Below are positions 1 through 12,586 of a stretch of DNA of 64,000 nt, piece by piece (positions within the stretch are counted from its first letter, which is position 1; every line of letters begins with the position of its first letter). Source of the DNA: Tubulanus polymorphus (Eukaryota; Animalia; Nemertea). The translations under genes and the position numbers were made by a program. The notes below the pieces were generated by a model, which ran no database searches, was not told the origin of the DNA, and saw nothing but the letters and a program-made list of their open reading frames with translations. The DNA is taken from assembly GCF_964204645.1 (NCBI RefSeq), contig NC_134025.1:21866299-21930298 (forward strand), in the 5' to 3' direction.

Positions 1-1532
1 CATTTATAGTATCGTTACTTTGTCAGAACTCTACACATTCCTTCCATCAATATAGACGAAAAATATGTTCGCCAGAAGATTTCTCCCACTCAAAAATAAA
101 AATATGAAGTTCGTTTCCCATGACTGTTAACAGATCAGCTTTCTTATATAACGTTTCAACACCTTACGTAAGATTCACATGAGACACTTCAATCAAAGCG
201 TAAAATTACTAGATAACAAAACATATTCCATGCAAATCTAAACAGGTTTGCATGTTGTTAGAAAATACATAGTTGAGTGATATTGAGCGAAAAGAAAAAG
301 AAAAGCGAAAAGAAAATTTACCATTTTACCATTTTACCCGGAGAACAACAACACGAACATAGGACCGACCAATTAACTCTCGCGGCCGCCAACCTATGAT
401 AAGTGCTATCAGTAACAAATTGAATTTTTTTCTGTAATATGAAAGTAAATTAATGAATTAAAAGAAAGTCAAATTAATCAGTTATCAACAGTAAGACCCT
501 CACTGACACATTTCATATTTCTATACGCAGCAAACAAATCAAATCAGTATTTCTCATTGTCAAATAGTAACAATACTGAAAATCAGGAACAGTTGGCAAC
601 TCTCTCTCTTAATCGGTCATCGTCAGACCTCTATTTGCTTCCAGCCTTTTTATAAATAATCTATCATCATTTCTTTTTCTCTTGAAAATGTTTTATTGTC
701 ATCAATGCTGTGTTACATTCTCTATTGTGATATTCCAATCTCGCAATGTAATTACTAAATAGTCAATAAAGATTAATTGAATCGATCAATTGAATCGAAT
801 CTCCGCCTAGAAATGGAGTAAGAGGAATTCCTGCCTCATACGGCGACTTCTTCCCGGGTTATTGTTCGAAGGTATTGAATCGGAAAGGGCTTATTCTTAA
901 GCCATAAACCCATTAATTAGGCACTCTAATCTACCGACAATTGAAATTCCTCAGAGAAAGGTGCCGGACTTACAGTCCGCTACAAAGACTGCTCGTCGGT
1001 AAATTTAATCTCGAGCACATTCGAAGACGTTCGCTGGAGACAGTCAGTCTGGAAAGCGATGGCGTAGACAAAAGTCATCGCGCCGCGGACAAATCTTCGA
1101 AAACGTGCTCGACGAAATGAGCGCCTCGTCGTCGACACCTGTCCACCACAAAACAGAATAATGAAGAAAAATCTACTTTGTCGCCGAACGAACGCCGTAC
1201 GTGTCGCTGATGATGTTTCATTGTGTGGACTAATGCCGGCTTTATGATGGAGAGAAAAAAAATCAGCCTCTCGCCAGTTCAAGGCACCGAGGTTAGATTT
1301 TCTGACCGGCGACAAAAATGTGTTTTGGTTTTTCAAGAACGGGTTAGATCCCTTTCAGAAAGGGTTCTTTGGCCACAGGACAGCATGGTTCTCCGTATAA
1401 CTCTGAAGAGCGGTTACTTTTGCCGATGCTAAATCCCAAGCTTTCGATTTCGGTTTGGAGTGTTCGCCAAAAACCCTTGGAATTCATTCAACACTGAATT
1501 TTGGTGTAATCTTCCAATAATATCTCCCCCAT

Positions 1533-1595
1533 TATTGCTTTGCACAATAGTTTGATAGTTAATCATTAACTATCAAACTATTGTGCAAAGCAATA
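1533..1595. repeat. Perfect palindrome, 31-bp arms with a 1-nt spacer
   Basis: TATTGCTTTGCACAATAGTTTGATAGTTAAT C ATTAACTATCAAACTATTGTGCAAAGCAATA. Confidence 0.95.
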
Positions 1596-4500
1596 GTCGC
1601 TGTAACCAATGATAGAATATTGGTATCAAATCATGTATAGGGGTAGCAGACTATTGACCAGGGGTGGACTCATTTCGGAGTGGATGTTAAAATGATCGGG
1701 GTGGTTTAAAACACCTAGTTGAGAACGCTGAACAAATAAAATGAGGATCAGGTGTTCTATTGGAAAAGTTTTTTTGACAAACACATTCACGTAACGAAAC
1801 ATTCTCCCCAATCTCCACAATACACATAATTACGCATCCATGTAACGTGTTTACTACGCCATATACGCGAAAATGGGGTTGAATAAAAACTACATTTTCA
1901 TGACACCGTCGAGGAGGTTGTAGTAGGCCTATTGGCAAAATAAAACGTCGAAATGACGATTCAATTGCTGCAAGGCGTAGGAGTCTCACGCGTATAAGAG
2001 ATCGTAGAAAAATCTATGAACTAAAATAATGTATCACTATCTCGCATTTCCATTGTAACGAAAACCTTTTCATCAAAATCGATACCTAGTAAGTATTTAC
2101 GCAAACAAAACGCGCCCGAGGATTTTTTGCACAACACTTACACACGACGAAAGGAGCGATAAAAGATTACATTACTCCAACAATACGTTTCGAATAGACT
2201 AATACTTCTCTCGAGGCCAGCCCGTGGGGGTCATTGATTCTCCAGAAAATGTTTCATACCGGTTGTTTAGCTCCGGTTATGTTTTGTGATTTATTCGTAG
2301 GTGTCAACGCTCCGATTTTACGTGTAGGTAAACTTTTCAGTATAGTTCATCGGGTATAAACCAGTCCAAAAACAGCGGATGCCAGATTCGAAAGGAAAAC
2401 AAGGGAAAAAGCCCTTACAAAAACATAGGCTATATCGTTTTCACTGTATGTGGGTGACGCAGGGGCAGATCCAGACCATACATACCGCGCACCATCTACA
2501 ATAAATACCCATTCGTAGAAACAATAGAAAGTTGTAACTGTAATTTGGCCTTAAGACTGCACTGAATAGGCCTAGAGCCCCAAATTTTTAATTACACTCT
2601 CGGGACAGCGATGCCCCAGTGCCCCTATTCTCTCCTCAGATGTCTGGACTTCGAAATCCCTGTATTAACCCAATTAGCACTCAGGAATTTCACTATAGTA
2701 TGTAGTGCCTATTACTCCTCGGAAATCCATATTTATCACAATATAGAATAAACTAATTTCCAGTTCATTTTCATGTATTTGCGCCTATAAGTTTATGGTA
2801 TTTTGTAGTAAACAGTCAAGGCTTTCATATGATTTGAGATTTGATGAGGTGGACCACCAAAATCATTACCTTCACCTCACACCCCCCCTGAAATCCATCC
2901 AGACATACTTGCATATAAGTGAGTGCTCGGATCTGTCATGTTCATAGTCCAAATACTCAAGGATTTCAAAAAGGAAGATGTTGTTTTCTGCACGAAGTTT
3001 TGACATCTTGGATGTCTAGGTTATCCTAAGCTAATGGGTTCGAATCCAACTGTAACCATTTCTGTGCAGCACACAAAAAGTGTCAGGGTGGCTCGAGGGC
3101 TAATAGGTTGACGTAGTAAACTCAGACATCACCGATAAGTAGACTTGGAGTATGTGCTGATTGTGCATTTCAGTGAACTCAATCAATGTTCAAACAAAGA
3201 AAACATGGGCCGCACAGATGAAACGTCACCTACAGATACAAAGGCAGTTTCCACGAGTAATTTCAAAATGTAACCTTACAAAATAGAAAAGGCCATCGTT
3301 TTGTCGAAGAGGGGGGGATAGTGCTGAAGAGCCAGGTGGCCTCCTCAAAAACAGTCAACAAAAACTTAGCCAGACCACTTAAAAATCCAAACCATATTTC
3401 CAACATACGTATATGTAGAAAAGTAATTATTGTGAAGATAATTGCTTGTAGACATAACAAGCAACTTCGATGACAAGTCGACATTCAGCACTGGTGATGT
3501 TGAATTGTTTAACGTGAGAATTGAGTGTTTAATCGCCAGACCAAACTAATCTGATATCTCTAATAATCATATCGCAGTTTTCACCACAAATTAGAGTAAA
3601 ATATCAAATGATCATCATTATTACTATCACTATCATTATTTTTTTTCAATTTGTATCTACTGTTTTATCACATATGTCGTTATTCTAAACGTTGTTTCGA
3701 TTAACTGATTTGCAGCGGATTTTGTTATTGTTCTTTTCCAGGTCCATTCCCCTGTTTCGACTCAGCCTTTAGGCTCGGGGATGTCCTTTCAAATATGTAG
3801 GAGCAGTGTGTAGTCAAAGCAACGCTCATAAAAAAATGTTCTACCTATATCGATGAATTCATTATATTGTTATCAAAATGGTAAATTTTATTGAAAATCG
3901 TCCGAGAATTTATTCAGATTTTTTAGAGTAATTTGATGATAATTTCGGGAGTAGTCAAGTCCGTATTACTCTGATTAGGTACATTATTATGTAGGGCATC
4001 CGTACTCTATGATGAGAGATACAGTACAGGTATCGATCGGAACTACTATTCAATAAGATACGTTCACACATCCACATCGACTACAAATTCCGCTAGGTTC
4101 ACTCTCCACCGCGGTGGCTTGCGCGAGGAGACTAATGAAATATTTACAAATACCTCGGTCGTTATCGGCTCCGACAGTTAAATGTATCGAAATGATTAAT
4201 CGTAATAAATTGCTCGAAAAGAGAATCGTAAATAACTCGAGGGCAGAAGATACACCACCACACTTTCAAGAATGGATGATGATCGCAGGTGGTCCAATCA
4301 TCAGATCACCGTGAGTAACAATCAAATGTATTTATCATATTCGATTGTAGTGTCATGTGATTGTAAATACCAAGCTTTCAATCGTGCAAAGAAATGCTTC
4401 ACCTCCCCTGCTATGACATAACTGTAACCTATTCGCACAGTGTAACCACCCGGGCTCTGTTTTGATCTCTGGGTTGATGGAAACCGTGATTATTTCGCAT

Positions 4501-4540
4501 CTTTGCAATTCAATTTCAACCTTTGCAATTCAATTTCAAC
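4501..4540. repeat. Exact 20-bp tandem duplication
   Basis: CTTTGCAATTCAATTTCAAC x2. Confidence 0.95.
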
Positions 4541-5784
4541 GATGATGAATTTGAAAAGAACTAGATATAAAGAAGCTAATATAGACGACTCGCCGGTGCT
4601 AATTCGATCATTAATTCGAAACCCCAGGGACTATCTATAACTTACTTAGATCGTAGCGATGAACTCATGGATCTTACGCAGGTCCACAAGTTGACGGTCA
4701 GATTTAAGCGTCATTTTAATGTAAATTATTGTGAGACAATCGAAAGAATTAGTGAATTAGTAATCAATTCAATCGTTTGATAGAAATTAAACTTCAACAA
4801 AACAACCGTCGAGCTCTAATAGGTCTTGAATCCATGATCGAACGACCATCAGTCGTTGTCTATTTTAATGTTTTTTCGCTCAGGTCATTCACAGCGGACC
4901 AGAAGATATTCCACCAGATGGGTTACATAGCCTCAGTATTTATAAGGATGGATGTATCATACGAAATTTTGACTTACTGGAAACAATACCTGCCCAGTGG
5001 GCCTTACTATAACTGCAAATATGTTTCATAAGGAACATGACAACAGTATCATGATAATGATGCATATCATTTGTCATTTTATCAGCTATCAGTTTAAGCT
5101 TCGAGTAATCATTTGTCAAATGATTACTCCAAGGCTAAAGTACCATGTAAATATGACCGCCGATCCCAACTAGTTATAACTATACTTCGATTTCCTATTA
5201 TCAAACTCCTGGCAAGTGTGGTTGGTTGGTTTGTAAGGAACAGCGAATCAAAACAAATCTACCAGTTACAAATTGTTGTTTAGGCCTAAATAATTATTAG
5301 ATAAATCAAAATAACAGGGTCAATCCCGTTTTCAAGATCAAGTACTGGTATACCATGATTATGACTTTTGATCACGACTGATCTTTCACCTTGTAGGTCC
5401 TATGTTGTTTTTTGACTTATGCTAATTGGTTAAATTTCTAAAAGCTTAACATTAAGGGGTGATTTTCCCTCTTATCTATTCGATTGATTGATCTAGTTGT
5501 ACTTGACTTTAAAGGTCTATTCGGGGCATTCACCCCAAAACCCAACACACACCTGCCACTGCATCGTAAGTCCTTCCTGGACCTAGTCAATCCATCCTGC
5601 TGAACTTACTCAATCCCTAGCAACCCTTGAGGGCTATATACCTTTCCCTAACCCTAATCAATACATTCATGGATATATGTGTTGATAAACCCAAGCTGTT
5701 GCAGTACAATAGGCCTATATCCAGGTGGTTCATTGTAACACTTGTGTATATTTCCATAACCTAAACAACAAATCTGATTCTTAC

Positions 5785-6573
5785 CTTCTGCGCTTTACAC
5801 ATAGCCCCCAGGGCTTGAACTTCGTGGTCCAAATGTTGGCCGTCTTGCACGCAAATGTAGCACATTGCGCACCGACAAGACAAACAGTACATGCTCAATA
5901 GTTCGTCCTGGTGTTCGAAACATCGTGTCATTTGATTTTTACTCTTCGTTCGAATGAGCTGTTTGCCCGTTGACGCCGGCACGAGGTTGTGCCTCGCTAA
6001 CGGTCCTCGCGCCGGGTGACAGCTATCCCGACAGCGGTCGCAATAAAAAACCTCGCATTGTTCGCACATCGTCGTCGCCTCCGACGCGTCTTTCTCGCAC
6101 AGCTGACATTTCAGCAGCAAGTTCTTATTTTCCACGTACTTGTCGACGATCGCTTCGAGCACACGGTTTTTCGGCAGCGTCGCCGCGCCATTTTCGTCGA
6201 AGTAGACATTTTTCCGACACACCGGGCACGCGAATCCGTGAGAACTATCACCGGCGCTCAGCGACTGGAAATAAATATTACCGATACTGGGCGTGCCGAC
6301 GTAAGACCCGGGTCGACTGTTGACGACAACTCCGCTGTCGGTTTCCGAAACGACCGAAAGTTTGTCATCGATATCGGGATAATCGTATTCACCGCCACCA
6401 CCGCCGCTCGAATTTTCGTCCGAAGACGATGAACTGTTATTGTTGTTGTTTAGCTGCTGAGCGGGTACCTGACGCTGCACCGCGCATTGTAAACACAAAG
6501 AATGAGAGCACGGCAACAGTATAGGAGTAGTGTAAAGCCGGCTACACACCGGGCAGCGAAGTTCGTCCTCCAT
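5785..6573 (-). CDS. TRIM9: TRIM9/TRIM67-family E3 ubiquitin ligase, first coding exon (RING with long insertion + B-box1 + B-box2); partial gene
   Basis: MEDELRCPVC...LPCSHSLCLQCA, insertion with DDKLSVVSETDSGV, then CPVC, LPKNRVLEAIVDKY, B-box1 CQLCE..CEQCEVFYCDRCRDSCHPARGPLARH, B-box2 ending HEVQALGAMCKAQK. Exon ends at AAG|GTAAG (donor 5784-5783), phase 0, 263 codons. This matches the recalled TRIM9 N-terminus. Confidence 0.93.
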
Positions 6574-6635
6574 CGCGGAAGTTTCGATTGCGACTGAACC
6601 GGTTTTCCCCGTTCAGTTCACACGGCCTTGTATAG

Positions 6636-6705
6636 AGCGCCAGCTGGCGGTCGACGATAAAACTAGTAGAATACCACCAAATCGGCATGAAGCGCCAGCT
6701 AGCGG
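6636..6705 (-). promoter_or_regulatory. Two tandem CTCF-like motifs upstream of the TRIM9 ATG
   Basis: On -: CCGCCAGCTGGCGCT (6650-6636) and CCGCTAGCTGGCGCT (6705-6691), similar to the CTCF core consensus. Confidence 0.45.
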
Positions 6706-6849
6706 TCCGTCACAAGACTAATTAATATTGAGAAGTCCACGATAAAACATTAATAATATTTAGAAAAAGATTTAGAAGTCCACAAAAAAACAACATTAAT
6801 GATATTTATAAAAATTGTTAAGAAACGAAAGAAATCATGAAGCCTGAGT

Positions 6850-7034
6850 AAGGACCATCAAAATCTATTCCAGAAAAAAGTCTCTTCTCTTTTCTAAAAG
6901 CAAATGACGGAAATATTTTTGATGCAAGAAAAGATTCTGAAAATAAATATTTCTCCAATTATAAATGCATGCAGCATTTTGCGCCATAGCAGAATTATTT
7001 TTTCTTAGATGAGGAATATATCTTAATGGTCCTT
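6850..7034. mobile_element. Short TIR element between the MRPL4 stop and the TRIM9 start
   Basis: AAGGACCAT ... ATGGTCCTT inverted ends around an AT-rich interior. Confidence 0.45.
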
Positions 7035-7260
7035 GTATCAGCCGCCTACGAAAGCGATGAAAACCTCACAAAATGCACCGAATCAATTTGCTGTTTTGAG
7101 TATATCAATATTTCACTATATTTCATAATTCGAACGATCTAAAATAATAATCCATGATCCACTGATTGAAACATTTTACCGTCCATCTTCCAACCATGAT
7201 CGGTTCAGTCCTTGATTGCCTGAAACGAATGTTTGTTATAAAAACGCAACTCGCGATTTC

Positions 7261-10200
7261 TCATCTCGGAGTGAAGGGTATAGTTAAATCTCCTATTTCC
7301 TTGATGACCGTAAATTGATGTTTGTTCATCGGTTCATCGGGCGCGTTCATGTGGTGAAGCAGTCTTTTTTCCAGTTTTTCCAATCCTCGTAAAGTTATGA
7401 CGAGTCCCTCATGTTTCAGCATACTTACAATGTTTAGTCCTGAAATGAACGAAAAAGACTCGTCATTTGAGTTCGTTTTAACGCTTGGGTCTTATCATAA
7501 ACCAGGAATCATGAAACTGACTCCATCCTACTAACTAAGGCCATGTTGAATGTACAGAGTGGCCACTTTCCACCCACTTTACAAATCCTTGAGTTTTCCC
7601 TGATTTGTCCCAGTGACTACACAAAATTCCCTGAATGAATGATCAGAGAAATTTCTAAGAAAAACTGATAAAGAACAAAAGCATTATCCAAATTCACCAA
7701 AAAGTTTTTTTCCAGGTTTTTAATAAAATTTGTCAAATTCCCTGATTTATTTCTCGATTTTTCTGAGTTTGCCAGGTCAGTGGCCACCCTGCAGTAGTAA
7801 GTAACCAGACTATGGTTTTAGGTTCATGATTTCACAAACCATATAATGGATTTTCGAATCATTGACAGTCTTAATATCCCATTATCTTCTTAAGGGGCGC
7901 TTTCAAAAGGGATACTTAAAACTAATATCCTAAACCAATGATTAGGTTACTAATTGGGTTTACTACTTGATTTCTTATATATATATCCTATAAGAAATCT
8001 AGTTATCCCAGTTCAAATGATGAAAGAGACTTACCATACACAGGCATTAGATTGAATTGAGGAAGTTTTGATGAAGCTGCGATTATATTTCGAGGCATTA
8101 TGTCCGTACTGGAAAATAAACAAAATAGGCTGTGTTATACAGATAATTTCACAAGTTCACCATCTATAAGGCAAAAATTGCATTTTAAGGTTAACAGGGG
8201 TTCCATTGAAATCCAAGATTGTGATCAACATTATTATTTGTCGATCAAGGGATATTCACACCAATGATAGTCGGCCAGCAAGATGATAATCAAACTTACT
8301 CGTCGATAAATAGCACAGATAAACCCCAGTTTTTGGCATCCATTAATTCTTCAAGATACTGAAATAAACCAAATTGATTACAAATTGATTAAGCCATTTC
8401 AGACAATGAACAAAATAGGGATGTCACATTTTTGTGTTAAATATTACCTCAGGATTTTCAGATGGTAAGTCGAGTGAATCTACTATATGAAGGTCATCCT
8501 ACAAAATCAAACCACGATTTATATTCTATACCGGTGGGATTAAAATATGAAAAATTTGATGAACTTTTTTAATCTAGGTCAGAAAATCAAAAGCCCAAAC
8601 AAATACCTACCTGGGCATATTTGAATGTCAAGGCGCTACATAGTCCCTTGATTCTGGTATTGACGTTCAACATGTAGTACCTACTGAATGGTCCACGTGG
8701 GCCTTTCGCGATACCGCCTACAAAGCGAATGAAAAATATAATTCATCCAAATTATCTTTAGAAACTTTTAAAGAACTATATTGGGCCCAGGCCAGGGCCA
8801 TTGGAATATGGCTAAATGCAAGACAAATCAGGTCAATATTGTTATGTCATTGGTGTAGATTGAGAATTAGGCTGAATTTTATCTGCACTAGAGACTCAAT
8901 CAAAACAACTACAGTACGTACGTACCTTTGAACCACAGCGGGGATCGTCTACTTCCATGTCTGGCTCGCCCTGTCCCTTTTTGAGGCCACGGTTTTCTAT
9001 TACTTCCCCTCATTTCTGCTCTATTTTTGGGACAGTTGTAAACCTGAAATAACCGAAGTATAATACTAATAAGATTCTGCAGTAAACAAAATTCCTCGAC
9101 TGGGTTTCACGAAAAAATTCGCATAGAAAATATGTGAATGTCAATGTGGGACCAATTCATAATTTTTGATAGAATTGATAGGCCCAACCAATGTTTGGTT
9201 CTAATCTTATGATATACACCTAATTTTTTACTTACAATATTGCGATATAAATTCTGCCAACGAACATTTTCCCAAATCATGTCGATTCTGTAAACCAAAA
9301 ACATTTATTAGCTACATACTTCGGCAGTTAACGGTTATGAGAAATTCTTCTTATCCAGCGGCACATACAAGGGTTGTATGATGAAGGGGTTTCTGTGAGG
9401 CCCTGATATTTTGAGGTCCCTTAAGAATTTGATCTCCAAAAATTCCGCACTAAATAATTTTGGTAGAAAATAGTATGCAAGCAACAAAATCGTGGTGAAG
9501 CTTGGAAAAAGGCCCTAAATTTCACATTCAATTTGACCCCCTTTCCGTTGACCCCGGATCTGCCCCTTCTATGCCTCAATTCGTTGAGTACTACTCAGGA
9601 CCTTAAGTGTTGATTTTGACATTTTTCACTATCCCTATCATGGGGAATAAGCTGAAGAATTGTTGACTCCAAATACTGGCAGCCAACAGGATTTGAATCT
9701 GGAATAACCACCAGATCGGTACACGAAAAACAGGAACCGTAGATTTTGGTAAAGTTTAACTTAACTTTATAGAGATAAACTAAGTTCATAACCAGGGCCC
9801 GGTTTTATAGACTGGTATTACCTTTAACCCGGGGGCTAACTCAACTCATTTTTAATTGAATAAGCCCCCGGATTAAAGGTAATACCAGTCTATAAAACCG
9901 GGCCCAGGGTTTTAACCCCAGTTAGTAGTATCAAATATCAGCTTGGAATTATCATTATCCGGTACGTCACAGTGGAACTAATTGGGATTTGCTGGTTTAA
10001 ACCATTCCATCACCGCGCCTTTAAACAATAGCTATAGATCGGGATGCCGAACTAATTTGTAAAAGTACTGTGAATACTGCAGCTGAAGTCAAACATGGGA
10101 CGATGATAAATCAAATTTTAAAATCAATACCTGGGTGGAGCAGCAAAAATATCTGGATGCAAATCGACGATGCCTAACATTTCATTTTCGGGTGTTGCGA

Positions 10201-12100
10201 GCGTTTCGAGCCACGCTTGCCTCGACTCGCGATACTTGTTCGGAAATTCTAACTTTCTCGAAGTGATGACTGGCAGCTGTAACTTCGAAAGCGGCGACCC
10301 ATCCAACGCTGAAACACAGGTAGATCAAACACACAGGTTAAACAGCACCCATAGTTTCATAGATAATGTAGCAAAATCAAAATTCTTAGCTATCGTTGGT
10401 AGTCATTAACAAGGTTGCAATAATAAAAATAAATCATGATTGAATCCCAATCATAATTAAAAAGTAGTTCTTTACTTTTACTTACATGTTGGCGATCGAA
10501 TTAATTCTTCTGTCGACTGCCTAATTCCGGATGTGTGTAACTGAAAAATAGCAAAATTGATTATATCAAACCCTAGGCTCAGTATGGAAATATAGTGGAA
10601 CCTAGTATAAATACCAGTTGTTGCTACGGGTTGTTTTGGGAACAACGGCTAGGTACTCGACTAAGTGGAACCTTGTTATAACAAACTCGGATACAACAAT
10701 TCATCGGGTATAACAAATATATTTCAATTCCTAATTTCACCAAACCAGGAAAGTGCTCTGGAAAGCATCTCAATGCATCTATATTTTACCCTTTTTAGGC
10801 TTCACACCTGCAGCACTCATGCCAAGTGTGCGCTCCCTGATAACTTCCCAAAACAAGGCCGATGGAAGCGGTGCGGCCATGGCCATACCACTTTTTTACA
10901 TCTCTATTTTTTTTTTTGGACTGACCTTGTACAACTTTGATGGTTGAGTGTTTTGGCCGTATATAATCCTACAAGTCGGAGTCCCTGAGTGATTGACTTT
11001 TTGTGCTTTTGACAACAAACATCTGCCAATCGCCCCAGGCACGGACCCATAGAACTGAGGGTTGTTTACACAAAAATTAAAAGCTCCATACTTCCAAATA
11101 AATTCTGGCATGAGTTAGAACAGAGAAATGGGTTAGAAGCACACTTGTGTGTGTCGACTAATGCATTATAAACAAAACTGACATTTTGGCCTAGGGGTAT
11201 TTAAAGTTGCAGTTAGTGAATGGTCATTTAGTGCTTTGCGAAGAGTCAAGACGTGCCTTAGGTCAACTACGACGCAATCAAGACTTAACCATGTGATGAT
11301 GATACATGTCCACAAAGACTATACTGACAAACATGATCGATATTGCTAGTGAGTTCGTGCCAGAAATGAGCACCGTTATGGATTATTTGGTGAATTCTCG
11401 AAATATTAATAAGTTAAAATAATATTGAAGTCATTCTTCAAACAAAGTATTGTTTAAAATCAGATCATGGATTAAACGGATTTTCATATAATACATTTAC
11501 CACCGTAGGATGCTCGCAGCTTGGTAAGTAATATTTTGAAGTAGAAAAATACGTTTAAAAAGTTATATTTAACATATTGTAGATGAGCTGAATTGCTGAG
11601 AAATGCATATTAGAACCACAAAAAACCAAAATTTTTTGGAACCCCCTGTTCTTGACCTTAGATACAGGAATGGTCGTACCACTGCTTCCTTGCAAAATAA
11701 CTGAATAACCGAATTATTGCATCTACTACCATGACTACCAACAGATGGAAAGTGCAGATTTCAAAATAGCCAGCTGGAGGGCATGGCTGGGCACTGGGGG
11801 AGAGGGGGCTGGGATCCCTCCAGCTGGAGCCAGGCGAAGAGCGGAGTAGTCTGAATACCAGTCGTTGTTACGGTTCCGTACAACGTACGTTGTTTCAGGA
11901 ACAACGGCTAGGTACTATAGACTAAGAGCGGAGGAGTGTTGTTGAGTATGTTGGGCCGCAATCCTGGCGAAAAGTAAAAAAAGTGACGCAATTCTCAGTA
12001 CCTTCTTCGTTATCCTGGTGAAACATTGCGTCACCGGTGTGGCTACTCGAAATAAAGAAATTAAATGCGAGACTCGGGCCCCGAACAGGTTTATTGCCAT
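7261..12100 (-). CDS. MRPL4: Mitochondrial ribosomal protein L4 (uL4m), 10 exons, ~323 aa
   Basis: Exons 12100-12002, 10540-10486, 10308-10131, 9287-9236, 9043-8926, 8717-8611, 8498-8448, 8358-8300, 8108-8035, 7439-7261. All are GT-AG and phase-compatible (972 nt). Contains the L4 signature [39 protein letters not shown] and LHIVDSL, with a basic N-terminus lacking acidic residues (presequence-like). TGA at 7263-7261. Confidence 0.95.
7555..7791. mobile_element. MITE with CAG(A/G)GTGGCCAC terminal inverted repeats (hAT-like ends)
   Basis: CAGAGTGGCCACT ... AGTGGCCACCCTG, with internal TTCCCTGA subrepeats; lies in the last MRPL4 intron. Confidence 0.65.
9793..9907. mobile_element. Palindromic MITE (second copy at 44498-44610)
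   Basis: GGGCCCGGTTTTATAGACTGGTATTACCTTTAA ... TTAAAGGTAATACCAGTCTATAAAACCGGGCCC. Confidence 0.8.
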
Positions 12101-12586
12101 GATTTCGACACGATACTAAGTTTTGAAAACCCAAAACTCAGAATTCTACCGATTCTTCGACGAAAGCGCCGCCTGGCGGATCGAAAAATGGTTGATATTC
12201 CCACTAAATGAAATATATGTCGAATCCCAATAAAATATACATTTCAAAACCATGTTTGTATGTGATTAATGGTTAATATTGAAAGAGTTATGGTGATTCA
12301 ACATAGAGAAATCAAGTTTAGCCTAAAATATCAACTAATACATAAAAATAGAGGCTAAAATAGAAAATGCAAATCAGTTTCGTGCCTTCACCAAGAATCT
12401 TAGTGTCTGATGTACCACAGTTACACTAGGATCGTAGAGCGACGGAGATCACTGGTGGAGACAACCGCTGCCAGTGCTGGGTGAATTTCGTGCCATAAAT
12501 AGTGAGACCAATTGAATTGACTTTATTTCGCCGGTGTCGCGTTTCTTCGTTCTGCTGAAGAAAGCCTGGCTATTTGCTGCAGTAGA
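12101..12586. promoter_or_regulatory. Probable bidirectional promoter / 5' UTR region shared by MRPL4 and RTRAF
   Basis: Only 486 bp lie between the divergent ATGs (12100 on -, 12587 on +). A CTCF-like motif is at 12165-12179. Promoter activity is inferred. Confidence 0.6.

Noticed and set aside
5970-6432. Plus-strand ORFs of 117 and 138 aa
   Set aside because: Antisense shadows of the GC-rich TRIM9 exon.
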